Shown one piece after another: positions 9,350 through 18,281 of a DNA stretch of 41,319 nucleotides. Source of the stretch: Gammaproteobacteria bacterium (GTDB lineage Bacteria > Pseudomonadota > Gammaproteobacteria > Burkholderiales > SG8-39); the NCBI GenBank assembly GCA_041476585.1, contig JBGOTT010000002.1, positions 1-41,319 of the forward strand. The letters are read 5' to 3'. The notes beneath the pieces are model-generated. The model was not told where the DNA came from. It saw nothing but the letters and a program-made list of their open reading frames with translations, and did not search any database. The translations under genes were made by a program, and so were the position numbers. Within the stretch, counting starts at the first letter, position 1; each line of letters starts with the position of its first letter.

Positions 9350-10216
9350 ATGAGCCCCACACCGATCCGAAACGCATTGACCATAGACGTGGAAGACTAC
9401 TTCCAGGTGTCGGCTTTTGCGTCGCACATCGCACCCCATACCTGGGATCAGTTGCCTTGCCGGGTCGAGCGCAATGTGGACCTGATCCTTGCGCTGCTCG
9501 ATGAGCACGGCGTCCACGCAACGTTCTTTACCCTGGGCTGGATCGCGGAGCGATATCCCGGCCTGGTACGCCGGATCGTAGAGCGGGGCCACGAGTTGGC
9601 GAGCCACGGACATGCCCACCAGCGGGCGACCGACCAGAGCCACGCGGAGTTTTCGCGCGACATCACGCGCGCTAAAGGACTGCTGGAGGATATCGGCGGT
9701 GTCGAAGTTAAAGGCTATCGGGCGCCCAGTTTCTCCATCGGCCGGGGCAACCTGTGGGCGCAGCAGTGCCTGAGCGAAGCGGGCTACCGCTACAGCTCGA
9801 GCATCTATCCGATACGGCACGATCACTACGGCATGCACGACGCGCCGCGCTTCGCCTTCTATCCGGAAGGCGGCGGCGGGCTGCTCGAGTTGCCGATCAC
9901 CACGGTAAACCTGTTCAACCGCAATTTGCCGGCGGGTGGCGGAGGCTATTTCCGGTTGTTGCCTTACGGCGTGTCGCGCTGGTGCCTGAATCGCGTAAAC
10001 ACGGTCGATCGGCAGCCCTGCATTTTCTATTTCCATCCCTGGGAGATCGACCCCGATCAGCCGCGCCAGAGGGGCATCGGCCTGAAGACCCGATTCCGGC
10101 ACTACGTCAACCTCTCCTCGATGGAGCGGCGCATCCGGGCGCTGTGCAAGGATTTTCATTGGGGCCGTCTGGATCACCTGTTTCTGGATGCGAAAGATGA
10201 ACCAGCTCGCGTCTGA
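9350..10216 (+). CDS. polysaccharide deacetylase family protein, PEP-CTERM locus subfamily (NodB-like + DUF3473)
   Basis: Internal ATG at 9350 (the track ORF starts at 9308). Motifs: NALTIDVEDYFQV, FFTLGW, ELASHGHAH and GYRAPSFS. GGGYFRLLPY is typical of the DUF3473 part. Confidence 0.85.
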   Translation: MSPTPIRNALTIDVEDYFQVSAFASHIAPHTWDQLPCRVERNVDLILALLDEHGVHATFFTLGWIAERYPGLVRRIVERGHELASHGHAHQRATDQSHAEFSRDITRAKGLLEDIGGVEVKGYRAPSFSIGRGNLWAQQCLSEAGYRYSSSIYPIRHDHYGMHDAPRFAFYPEGGGGLLELPITTVNLFNRNLPAGGGGYFRLLPYGVSRWCLNRVNTVDRQPCIFYFHPWEIDPDQPRQRGIGLKTRFRHYVNLSSMERRIRALCKDFHWGRLDHLFLDAKDEPARV

Positions 10217-11261
10217 TCCTGCGTTGGTGGAAACCGTGCGGGTCGCAGAGTTGCGACCCGCTGATGTTTTTCGCTGGGACGAGTTCATCACCGGTTGCAG
10301 CGAAGCCACGTTCTTTCACCGCGCGGGCTGGAAGAGCGTTATCGAACGGTCATTTGGGCACCGAACGTATTTTCTCTACGCCGAAACCGGTGGCCGGATC
10401 GAGGGCGTGCTGCCGCTTGCCGAAGTGAGCAGCCTGTTGTTCGGGCATACGCTGGTATCGCTGCCTTTTTGCGTCTACGGGGGCGTTGCGGCCAGGACCG
10501 AGCGGGCGCGGCGTGCCCTCGATGCGGCCGCGCGGGCGCTGGCGGAAAAGTTGCGCGTCGATCATCTGGAATACCGCAACCTCGCGCCGCAGCACTCCGA
10601 CTGGGTCAGCAAGGATCTCTACGTCACGTTCCGCAAACCGATCGATCCGGACCTGGAGCGCAACCTGCTGGCGATCCCGCGCAAGCAGCGGGCCATGGTG
10701 CGCAAGGGAATCAAGGCAGGCCTGAAGAGCGAGTTCGACAACGGCGTCGAACGCTTCTTCGCGCTCTACGCCGATAACGTCCATCGGCACGGTACGCCTG
10801 CGCTGCCGAAGCGCTATTTTGCATTGCTGCGCCAAGTGTTCGGAGACGATTGCCGGGTACTCACGGTCGTCGATGCGCAGGGAGCGCCCGTGTCGAGCGT
10901 ACTGACGTTCTACTGGCGGGATGCAGTACTGCCCTACTACGCCGGCGATGCAGTCGCGGGCCGCGCCGTTGCCGCGAACGACTTCAAGTACTGGGAGCTG
11001 ATGCGCGACGGCTGCGAGCGCGGCTTCCGCGTGTTCGACTACGGCCGCAGCAAGCGCGGCACCGGCTCGTTCGATTTCAAGAAAAACTGGGGCTTCGAGC
11101 CGCAGCCGCTGCACTACGAGTTCCTGCTGGTCAAGGGAAAGCACGTCGCCGCGCACAATCCGCTCAACCCGAAATACCGCCTGCTCATCAAGCTGTGGCA
11201 GCAAATGCCGCTGCCGCTCGCCAATCTGATCGGCCCGCATATCGTAAAGAGCCTGGGTTAG
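10188..11261 (+). CDS. FemAB-family (aminoacyl-tRNA-dependent transferase-like, GNAT fold) protein, PEP-CTERM-system associated
   Basis: About 355 aa. Starts at ATG 10188 or 10197, overlapping the deacetylase stop. ATFFHRAGWKSVIE, RKQRAMVRKG and the YYAG / FKKNWGF motifs resemble the FemAB-related EPS family. Confidence 0.75.
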   Translation: MRKMNQLASDPALVETVRVAELRPADVFRWDEFITGCSEATFFHRAGWKSVIERSFGHRTYFLYAETGGRIEGVLPLAEVSSLLFGHTLVSLPFCVYGGVAARTERARRALDAAARALAEKLRVDHLEYRNLAPQHSDWVSKDLYVTFRKPIDPDLERNLLAIPRKQRAMVRKGIKAGLKSEFDNGVERFFALYADNVHRHGTPALPKRYFALLRQVFGDDCRVLTVVDAQGAPVSSVLTFYWRDAVLPYYAGDAVAGRAVAANDFKYWELMRDGCERGFRVFDYGRSKRGTGSFDFKKNWGFEPQPLHYEFLLVKGKHVAAHNPLNPKYRLLIKLWQQMPLPLANLIGPHIVKSLG

Positions 11262-11273
11262 CAGAGGGCTTCC

Positions 11274-12809
11274 ATGCAGCGCTTGCTCTTTCCCGGCCGG
11301 TGGTATGCGATGGCCCTCGTGCTGAGTGCGATTTTCTGGCTGCTCGCCTGGTACTGGAGTACGGCGCAATCAGTGGTCGCCATCTGGCTGCGCTCGGAGA
11401 CTTTCACCCACGGTTTTCTGATCGTGCCGATCAGCGTGTGGTTGATCTGGCGCCGGCGCCACGACCTGGCGGCGTTCAACCCCCGGCCCAATTTTCTGGC
11501 GCTGCTGGCGCTGGCGCTGGCGGGATTCGGCTGGCTGCTGGGGCATTTGGCAGGGGCTGATATCGTGCAGCAGTACGGTCTTGTCGTCATGATCCAGCTG
11601 CTGGTCTTGACCATTCTGGGCGGCCAGGTCGTCCGGGCACTCGCATTCCCGCTTTTTTTCCTGTTGTTGGCGGTGCCATTCGGCGAGGTCCTGCAACCGA
11701 TGTTGATGGAGCAAACCGCCGACTTCACGGTTTTCGCGCTCAGGCTGACCGGCATCCCCGTTTACCGCGAGGGCCAGTTCTTCACCATCCCGAGCGGAAG
11801 CTGGTCGGTGGTCGAGGCGTGCAGCGGGCTGCGCTATCTGATCGCGTCCCTGACGCTGGGCCTACTCTACGCGTATCTGACTTATCGGAGCCTGGCGCGG
11901 CGCGCGATCTTCGTCGCACTTTCCGTGATCGTGCCGATCGTCGCCAACTGGTTGCGTGCCTACATGATCGTCATGATCGGCCACCTGAGCAGCATGAAAT
12001 ACGCGGTTGGCGTCGATCACCTGATCTACGGCTGGCTGTTTTTCGGTGTCGTGATGCTGATCCTGTTCTGGGTGGGCTCTTTCTGGCGCGAAGATCTCGT
12101 GCCGCGCGGGGCGGCGCCAGGTTCCGTGCAGCTTGCGCAACGAGACGATCCTTTCTTGGGTAGGATTGTGACGGCGACCATCGCGGCGGCGGTGATCGTC
12201 GCGGTGTGGCCCGTCGCTGCCGCGCACCTGGCTGGTACGGGCCCCGGCCAATCGCCGGTGCTCCAGGCACCGCCGCCGGTTGGAGGCTGGCAACCGATTG
12301 CCGGGCACCTGACCGGCTGGACGCCGCACTTCCTGAAACCCCGGGTTCAGATCAACCAGACCTACGCCAAGGACGCAGCGCGTGCAGGGCTCTATGTCGG
12401 GTATTACCGCAACCAGCGTGAAGGGGCCAAGCTCATTTCTTCGCAGAGCGAGCTCGTCTCCAGCACCGACAGAGAATGGGGCAACATCGGTGAAACCCGC
12501 CGCGCCCTGGTTTTCAGCAATGAAACAATTCCGTCGATCGAGACGAAACTACGAGGCCGATCCCACTACCTGCTCGTATGGCACTGGTATTGGTTGGACG
12601 GCCAGTACACGGTGAACCCGTACTGGGCGAAGCTGCTGCAGGCGAAGTCCACCCTCCTTGGCCGCGGGGACGACGGGGCCGTCGTGATCATCTACGCGCC
12701 CTACAGCGACCGGCCGGAGGCCGCGACGCAGGCAATGCAGGATTTTGCGAATGCCATGCTGCCCGCCATCACCCGGACTCTGGACAATGCGCGCCAAGCT
12801 GAACAGTAA
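11274..12809 (+). CDS. xrtA: exosortase A (XrtA/EpsH) fused to a C-terminal EpsI-family domain
   Basis: Polytopic N-terminal part of about 290 aa with the exosortase catalytic motifs VVEACSGLRYL (Cys), ANWLRAY (Arg) and VDHLIYGWLFF (His). The C-terminal part of about 210 aa (about 12171-12809) has one TM segment then YVGYYRNQREGAKLISS, EpsI-like. Confidence 0.9.
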   Translation: MQRLLFPGRWYAMALVLSAIFWLLAWYWSTAQSVVAIWLRSETFTHGFLIVPISVWLIWRRRHDLAAFNPRPNFLALLALALAGFGWLLGHLAGADIVQQYGLVVMIQLLVLTILGGQVVRALAFPLFFLLLAVPFGEVLQPMLMEQTADFTVFALRLTGIPVYREGQFFTIPSGSWSVVEACSGLRYLIASLTLGLLYAYLTYRSLARRAIFVALSVIVPIVANWLRAYMIVMIGHLSSMKYAVGVDHLIYGWLFFGVVMLILFWVGSFWREDLVPRGAAPGSVQLAQRDDPFLGRIVTATIAAAVIVAVWPVAAAHLAGTGPGQSPVLQAPPPVGGWQPIAGHLTGWTPHFLKPRVQINQTYAKDAARAGLYVGYYRNQREGAKLISSQSELVSSTDREWGNIGETRRALVFSNETIPSIETKLRGRSHYLLVWHWYWLDGQYTVNPYWAKLLQAKSTLLGRGDDGAVVIIYAPYSDRPEAATQAMQDFANAMLPAITRTLDNARQAEQ

Positions 12810-13995
12810 GCCGGGCGTGCCCCTGGTCGCGCACGTGATTTATCGCCTCGACGTGGGAGGGTTGGAGAATGGACTGGTGAACCTGATCAACCGCATTCCC
12901 GCGGAGCGCTTCCGTCATGCGATCATCTGCCTGACCGGCTACTCGGAGTTCCGCCGGCGCATCCGGCGCAGCGACGTTCCGGTGTTCGCACTCGACAAGC
13001 CTGCAGGCAACAGCCCAATCACCCTTCTCAAGCTGTGGCGGTTATTGAGGCAGCTTCGCCCCGACATCGTCCACACGCGCAACCTCGCCGCGCTCGAGGG
13101 AACGCTGCCGGCGGCGCTGGCCGGGGTGCCGGTGCGCATCCACGGCGAGCACGGCCGCGACGTCGGGGACCTTGATGGCAGCAGCCCCAAGGCCCAGTGG
13201 CTGCGTCGCCTGTTCAAGCCGTTCGTGCACCAGCACATCGCGCTGTCGAAGGACCTGGAGCGCTACCTTCTCGAGAAGATCGGGGTGCCCCGCGCGAAGG
13301 TTGCGCAACTCTACAACGGGGTGGACACCGAGTTGTTCCATCCGGCGCACGGCGGGCGCGAGCCGCTGCCAGTCCACGCTTCGACCCCGGCCGATTTCGC
13401 TTCGCCCGACGCGTTCGTCATCGGCACTGTCGGCCGCATGCAGACGGTGAAGGACCAGGTCACGCTCGCTCGCGCGTTCGTGCTTCTGCTCGAGATCGCA
13501 CCGCAGGCTCGGCAGCGGTTGCGGCTGGTGATGGTCGGCGAAGGGCCGCTGCGCAAGCAGGTTGCCGACGTCCTGGACCAAGCCGGCGCGGGCAGGCTTG
13601 CCTGGCTTGCCGGCGAGCGCGACGACGTGCCGCGCATCATGCGGGGGCTGGACTTGTTCGTGCTTCCCTCACTCGCTGAAGGCATCTCCAACACCATCCT
13701 CGAAGCGATGGCGAGCGCTCTGCCGGTGGTCGCGACCGCGGTGGGCGGCAACCCCGAACTGGTGGACGAGGGGCGCACGGGCACCCTCGTTCCGCCGGAT
13801 GACCCGCAAGCGATGGCGCAGGCCATGCTGCGCTACTACACCGATGCGGCCGAATGCCGGCGCCAGGGACGCGAGGCCCGACGGATCGCGGAACAGCGTT
13901 TCAGCATGACAGCGATGGTGAGCGGCTACCTCGCTATCTATGACCGCATGTTGGAACGACGACATATTTCAGGGAGCGCGAATTGCACATCCTGA
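12787..13995 (+). CDS. GT4 glycosyltransferase, PEP-CTERM/exosortase-A-associated type
   Basis: Internal ATG at 12787 overlaps the xrtA end. AHVIYRLDVGGLENGLVNLIN matches the stp2-type N-terminus. The EX7E region is PSLAEGISNTILEAMASALPVV. Confidence 0.85.
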   Translation: MRAKLNSKPGVPLVAHVIYRLDVGGLENGLVNLINRIPAERFRHAIICLTGYSEFRRRIRRSDVPVFALDKPAGNSPITLLKLWRLLRQLRPDIVHTRNLAALEGTLPAALAGVPVRIHGEHGRDVGDLDGSSPKAQWLRRLFKPFVHQHIALSKDLERYLLEKIGVPRAKVAQLYNGVDTELFHPAHGGREPLPVHASTPADFASPDAFVIGTVGRMQTVKDQVTLARAFVLLLEIAPQARQRLRLVMVGEGPLRKQVADVLDQAGAGRLAWLAGERDDVPRIMRGLDLFVLPSLAEGISNTILEAMASALPVVATAVGGNPELVDEGRTGTLVPPDDPQAMAQAMLRYYTDAAECRRQGREARRIAEQRFSMTAMVSGYLAIYDRMLERRHISGSANCTS

Positions 13996-15014
13996 TCACC
14001 GGCGCCGCAGGTTTCATCGGCGCTGCGCTGGCCGCGCGCCTGCTCGAGCGCGGGGACACAGTCCACGGCATCGACAACTTGAACGACTATTACGACGTCA
14101 GCCTCAAACAGGCGCGGCTGGCGCTTTTGACGAAACATTCCAGATTCAGGTTCTCGCAACTCGACATCATCGACCGCGCGGCGATGGCAGACCTTTTCGC
14201 CGGCGAACGCTTCGACGCGGTCATGCATCTCGCCGCACAGGCAGGCGTGCGCTATTCGCTTGAGAATCCGGCTGCGTATATCGACGCCAATCTGGTGGGC
14301 TTCGGCAACGTGCTTGAAGGCGCGCGGCACTCGCGCGTCGGGCACTTGGTGTTTGCGTCTTCGAGTTCGGTGTATGGCGGCAACACCCGGCTGCCGTTCT
14401 CGGAGCACCACAATGTCGATCATCCGGTTTCGTTGTACGCCGCCACCAAGAAGGCCAACGAATTGATGGCGCACAGCTATGCGCACCTGTTCGGCCTTTC
14501 CTGCACCGGTCTGAGGTTTTTTACCGTTTACGGGCCGTGGGGGCGCCCGGACATGGCGCTGTTCAAGTTCACCGCCGGCATCATCGCAGGCACGCCGATT
14601 CCGGTATACAACGGCGGCATGATGGTGCGTGATTTCACTTATGTCGACGATATCGTCGATGGCGTGGTTCGGGTCATCGACCGGCCCGCCGCCGCCGATC
14701 CGCACTGGAGCGCCGACGCACCCGACCCCGCCGCGAGTTTCGCGCCATGGCGCATCTACAACATCGGCAACAGCCAGCCGGTGGACCTGATGCGCTACAT
14801 CGAGGTGCTCGAGCAATGCCTGGGCCGCAAAGCGCAGTTGCAGATGCTGCCGATGCAGCCAGGAGACGTGCAGGCGACGCTGGCCGATGTCACCGAGCTC
14901 GCCAAAGCAACCGGTTTCCGGCCGAACACGCCGGTGGAACAAGGCATCGCGAAATTCGTGGCGTGGTACCGGGACTACTACCGGGTCGGCCATGACGCAG
15001 GGGCGCTGACATGA
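13983..15014 (+). CDS. NAD-dependent UDP-glucuronate 4-epimerase (SDR family)
   Basis: TTG start overlapping the upstream gene. Rossmann motif ILITGAAGFIG. NLNDYYDVSLKQARL is typical of UDP-GlcA 4-epimerases. The catalytic motif is YAATKKANE (YxxxK). Confidence 0.8.
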   Translation: MHILITGAAGFIGAALAARLLERGDTVHGIDNLNDYYDVSLKQARLALLTKHSRFRFSQLDIIDRAAMADLFAGERFDAVMHLAAQAGVRYSLENPAAYIDANLVGFGNVLEGARHSRVGHLVFASSSSVYGGNTRLPFSEHHNVDHPVSLYAATKKANELMAHSYAHLFGLSCTGLRFFTVYGPWGRPDMALFKFTAGIIAGTPIPVYNGGMMVRDFTYVDDIVDGVVRVIDRPAAADPHWSADAPDPAASFAPWRIYNIGNSQPVDLMRYIEVLEQCLGRKAQLQMLPMQPGDVQATLADVTELAKATGFRPNTPVEQGIAKFVAWYRDYYRVGHDAGALT

Positions 15015-16342
15015 ACATCAGCATCATCGGGACCGGTTACGTCGGGCTGGTGACCGGCGCGTGCTTTGCCGAAATGGGCAACACCGTCACCTGCGTTGAC
15101 AACGACTCTGCCAAGGTAGATCGCCTGAAGAATGGCGAGCTGCCGATCCATGAGCCGGGGCTGGACAACATCGTCGCGAGCAATTTCCGCGAAGGCAGGC
15201 TGCGTTTTACCACCTCGCTTGCCGAAGCGGTCGCCGCCTCGAAGCTGTACTTCATCGCGGTCGGCACGCCGCCGAACGAGGATGGATCGGCCGACCTGCG
15301 CCATGTGCTGGAGGTTGCGCGCGAGCTGGGCCGGCTGATCTCGGGGCACTGCACGGTGGTCGACAAGTCCACGGTGCCGGTCGGCACCGCCGACGAGGTC
15401 AAGGCGGCGATCCGTGCCGAACTCGAGCGGCGCGGCGCCGAAGTCGATTGCGACGTGGTGAGCAATCCGGAGTTTCTCAAGGAGGGCGATGCGGTCGACG
15501 ATTTCATGCGGCCTGACCGCGTCGTCATCGGCACCGACAGCGAGCGCGCGGCCGAGCTGATGCGCAAGCTCTACGCGCCGTTCACGCGCAATCACGAGCG
15601 GATCCTGGTGATGGGCCTGCGCGACGCGGAGATGACCAAGTACGCGGCCAACTCGATGCTGGCGACCCGCATCTCGTTCATGAACGAGATCGCGAATCTG
15701 TGCGAACGCGCGGGTGTCGACGTGGAAAACGTGCGCAAAGGCATCGGGTCGGACGGCCGCATCGGCTATTCGTTCATCTACGCCGGTTGCGGCTACGGCG
15801 GCTCGTGTTTTCCGAAGGACGTGAGGGCCCTGGTTCACACCGCGCGCAGTTACGGCCTCGAGCCGATGATCCTGAACGCAGTCGAGGCGCGCAACGAGGC
15901 GCAGAAACAGCGCCTGTTCGGGAAGATCACCGCACGCTTTGGCGCCGACCTCGACGGGCTCGCATTCGCGGTCTGGGGGCTGGCGTTCAAGCCCGGCACC
16001 GACGACATGCGCGAGGCGCCGTCGGTGGTGCTGCTGCAGCAGTTGATCGACGCCGGTGCCCGTGTGAAAGCCTACGACCCGGTGGCAATGCAGGTCGCGC
16101 GCCGGATGCTACCTGCGCAATGGTTCGAAAGCGGACGGTTGACTCTCGCTGAACACCAGTACGACGCGCTCGACGATGTCGTGGCGCTCGCACTGGTGAC
16201 CGAATGGAAGCCGTTCCGCTATCCCGACTTCGGGGTGCTAAAGAAGCGCATGAAACAGCCGATCATCTTCGATGGGCGCAACCTTTACGACCCGGCGGAA
16301 TTACGCGGGCTCGGTTTCGAGTATTCCGGCATCGGCCGGTAG
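15011..16342 (+). CDS. ugd: UDP-glucose 6-dehydrogenase
   Basis: ATGA overlap with the upstream gene. IIGTGYVGLVTGACFAEMG, the catalytic GGSCFPKDV, and GLAFKPGTDDMREAP. Confidence 0.92.
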   Translation: MNISIIGTGYVGLVTGACFAEMGNTVTCVDNDSAKVDRLKNGELPIHEPGLDNIVASNFREGRLRFTTSLAEAVAASKLYFIAVGTPPNEDGSADLRHVLEVARELGRLISGHCTVVDKSTVPVGTADEVKAAIRAELERRGAEVDCDVVSNPEFLKEGDAVDDFMRPDRVVIGTDSERAAELMRKLYAPFTRNHERILVMGLRDAEMTKYAANSMLATRISFMNEIANLCERAGVDVENVRKGIGSDGRIGYSFIYAGCGYGGSCFPKDVRALVHTARSYGLEPMILNAVEARNEAQKQRLFGKITARFGADLDGLAFAVWGLAFKPGTDDMREAPSVVLLQQLIDAGARVKAYDPVAMQVARRMLPAQWFESGRLTLAEHQYDALDDVVALALVTEWKPFRYPDFGVLKKRMKQPIIFDGRNLYDPAELRGLGFEYSGIGR

Positions 16343-16353
16343 GACCATCGATC

Positions 16354-18279
16354 GTGTGCGGCATTACCGGCTTGTTCGACGCCAGGGGAAGGAGCGAAAT
16401 CCCGCGGCCCCTGCTCGAGCGCATGAACCAGTCCCTGTTCCACCGCGGCCCTGATGAAGGCGGGCTGCACCTGGAGCCCGGGGTCGGGCTCGGCCACCGG
16501 CGCCTGTCCATCATCGATCTTTCGACCGGACAGCAGCCGCTCTTCAACGAGGACGGCAGCGTGGTGGTGGTGTTCAACGGTGAGATCTACAACTACCAGG
16601 AACTGGTGCCCGAGCTGCAGGCGTTGGGACATGTGTTCCGTACCCGCAGCGACACCGAAGTGATCGTCCACGCCTGGGAAGCCTGGGGAGAAGCCTGCGT
16701 GCTGCGTTTCCGCGGCATGTTCGCGTTTGCGCTGTGGGACCGCAACCGCGAGACGCTGTTCCTCGCGCGCGACCGGCTGGGAGTGAAGCCGCTTTACTAC
16801 GCGATGCTGGACGACGGCATGCTGCTGTTCGGTTCAGAACTGAAAGCGCTGCTGGTGCATCCGCGTCTTCAACGTGTGATCGATCCGGCCGCGGTCGAGG
16901 ATTATTTCGCCTACGGCTACGTGCCCGAGCCGCGCACGATTTTCCGCAGCGCATTGAAGCTGCCGCCCGGATGCATGCTTTCGCTCAGGCGCGGCGAGCA
17001 ATTGCGCGAGCCGCGTGAATACTGGGACGTTCCATTTAAGCCTGGGCCGGCTTTGTCCGAACGCGACGCGATCGAGGAACTGACCGCGCGCCTGCGCGAA
17101 TCGGTGAGGATCCGGCTGATGTCGGAAGTGCCGCTCGGCGCGTTCCTTTCCGGCGGCGTGGATTCGAGCGGGGTGGTGGCGATGATGGCGGGATTGCAGT
17201 CCGATCCGGTCAATACCTGCTCGATCTCGTTCGGCGACCCGGCATTCAACGAGTCGGCCTACGCGCAGACGGTGGCGGATCGATACCACACGCGGCATCG
17301 CGTAGAGCAGGCGGATCCGGACGACTTCGGCTTGGTCGACAGGCTTGCCGGACTCTACGACGAGCCGTACGCGGACAGCTCGGCGATGCCGACCTACCGC
17401 GTGTGCGAGCTCGCGCGCAAGAGCGTGACCGTCGCGCTTTCCGGCGACGGCGGCGACGAGAGCTTCGGCGGCTACCGGCGCTATCGCTGGCATGTCAACG
17501 AGGAACGCGTGCGCTCGCTGCTGCCGCTGAAGCTGCGCCAGCCCGTATTCGGGCTGCTCGGCAGGCTCTATCCCAAGGCGGACTGGGCGCCGCGGGTGTT
17601 CCGGGCCAAGGCGACCCTCGAGTCGCTCGCGCGCAACTCGGTCGAGGCGTATTTTCACAGTGTCTCGATCCTGCACGACGGGATGCGCAGCAAGCTGTTC
17701 AGCGCGCCCTTTCGCAGCGAGCTGCAAGGCTATGCCGCCGTCGAGGTGTTGAAGCGGCACGCCGCGCGCGCGCCATCGGATCATCCGCTGTCGCTGGTCC
17801 AGTACCTGGACCTCAAGACCTATCTGGTGGGCGACATCAACACCAAGGTGGACCGGGCCAGCATGGCCCACTCGCTGGAAGTGCGCGAGCCGTTAATGGA
17901 TCACCCGCTGGTGGAATGGCTCTCCGGCCTTCCTCCGGACTTGAAGCTGCGCAACGCGGAGGGCAAGTACCTGCTGAAAAAGGCGCTCGACCCGTATCTG
18001 CCGCCCGAGATCCTTTACCGCCCCAAGATGGGCTTCGGGGTTCCGCTCGCCAAGTGGTTCCGGGGGCCGTTGCGGCAGTCGGTGAGGAACGCCGTGCTGG
18101 GGCCGGTACTGGCCGATACCGACTGGTTCAATGCGTCCTACCTGCGCCGGATGGTGGACGATCACCAGTCGGGGCTGAGCGACTACAGCGCGTCGCTGTG
18201 GACGCTGATGATGTTCGAGTCGTTCCTGCGCAACGTAATGGCCGAGCCGGCCGTCCGGGAGGCGCAAGCCGCGGCCTGA
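16354..18279 (+). CDS. asparagine synthetase B-like glutamine amidotransferase (exosortase-A-system-associated amidotransferase type)
   Basis: The GTG at 16354 gives (M)CGITG, the obligatory N-terminal Cys nucleophile. The PP-loop is FLSGGVDSSGV. The track ORF start at 16204 is an upstream extension overlapping ugd. Confidence 0.88.
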   Translation: MCGITGLFDARGRSEIPRPLLERMNQSLFHRGPDEGGLHLEPGVGLGHRRLSIIDLSTGQQPLFNEDGSVVVVFNGEIYNYQELVPELQALGHVFRTRSDTEVIVHAWEAWGEACVLRFRGMFAFALWDRNRETLFLARDRLGVKPLYYAMLDDGMLLFGSELKALLVHPRLQRVIDPAAVEDYFAYGYVPEPRTIFRSALKLPPGCMLSLRRGEQLREPREYWDVPFKPGPALSERDAIEELTARLRESVRIRLMSEVPLGAFLSGGVDSSGVVAMMAGLQSDPVNTCSISFGDPAFNESAYAQTVADRYHTRHRVEQADPDDFGLVDRLAGLYDEPYADSSAMPTYRVCELARKSVTVALSGDGGDESFGGYRRYRWHVNEERVRSLLPLKLRQPVFGLLGRLYPKADWAPRVFRAKATLESLARNSVEAYFHSVSILHDGMRSKLFSAPFRSELQGYAAVEVLKRHAARAPSDHPLSLVQYLDLKTYLVGDINTKVDRASMAHSLEVREPLMDHPLVEWLSGLPPDLKLRNAEGKYLLKKALDPYLPPEILYRPKMGFGVPLAKWFRGPLRQSVRNAVLGPVLADTDWFNASYLRRMVDDHQSGLSDYSASLWTLMMFESFLRNVMAEPAVREAQAAA

Positions 18280-18281
18280 CC

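Noticed and set aside
17403-18281. N-terminal extensions of track ORFs (also 382-435, 4831-4878, 5408-5746, 9308-9349, 12745-12786, 16204-16353, 20286-20753, 22514-23563, 27057-27182, 30324-30437, 31204-31467, 33967-34677, 39111-39143, 39737-39910)
   Set aside because: These extensions overlap the preceding gene in another frame. They lack homology, and they precede internal starts that restore canonical family N-termini, often with an RBS or a start/stop overlap.
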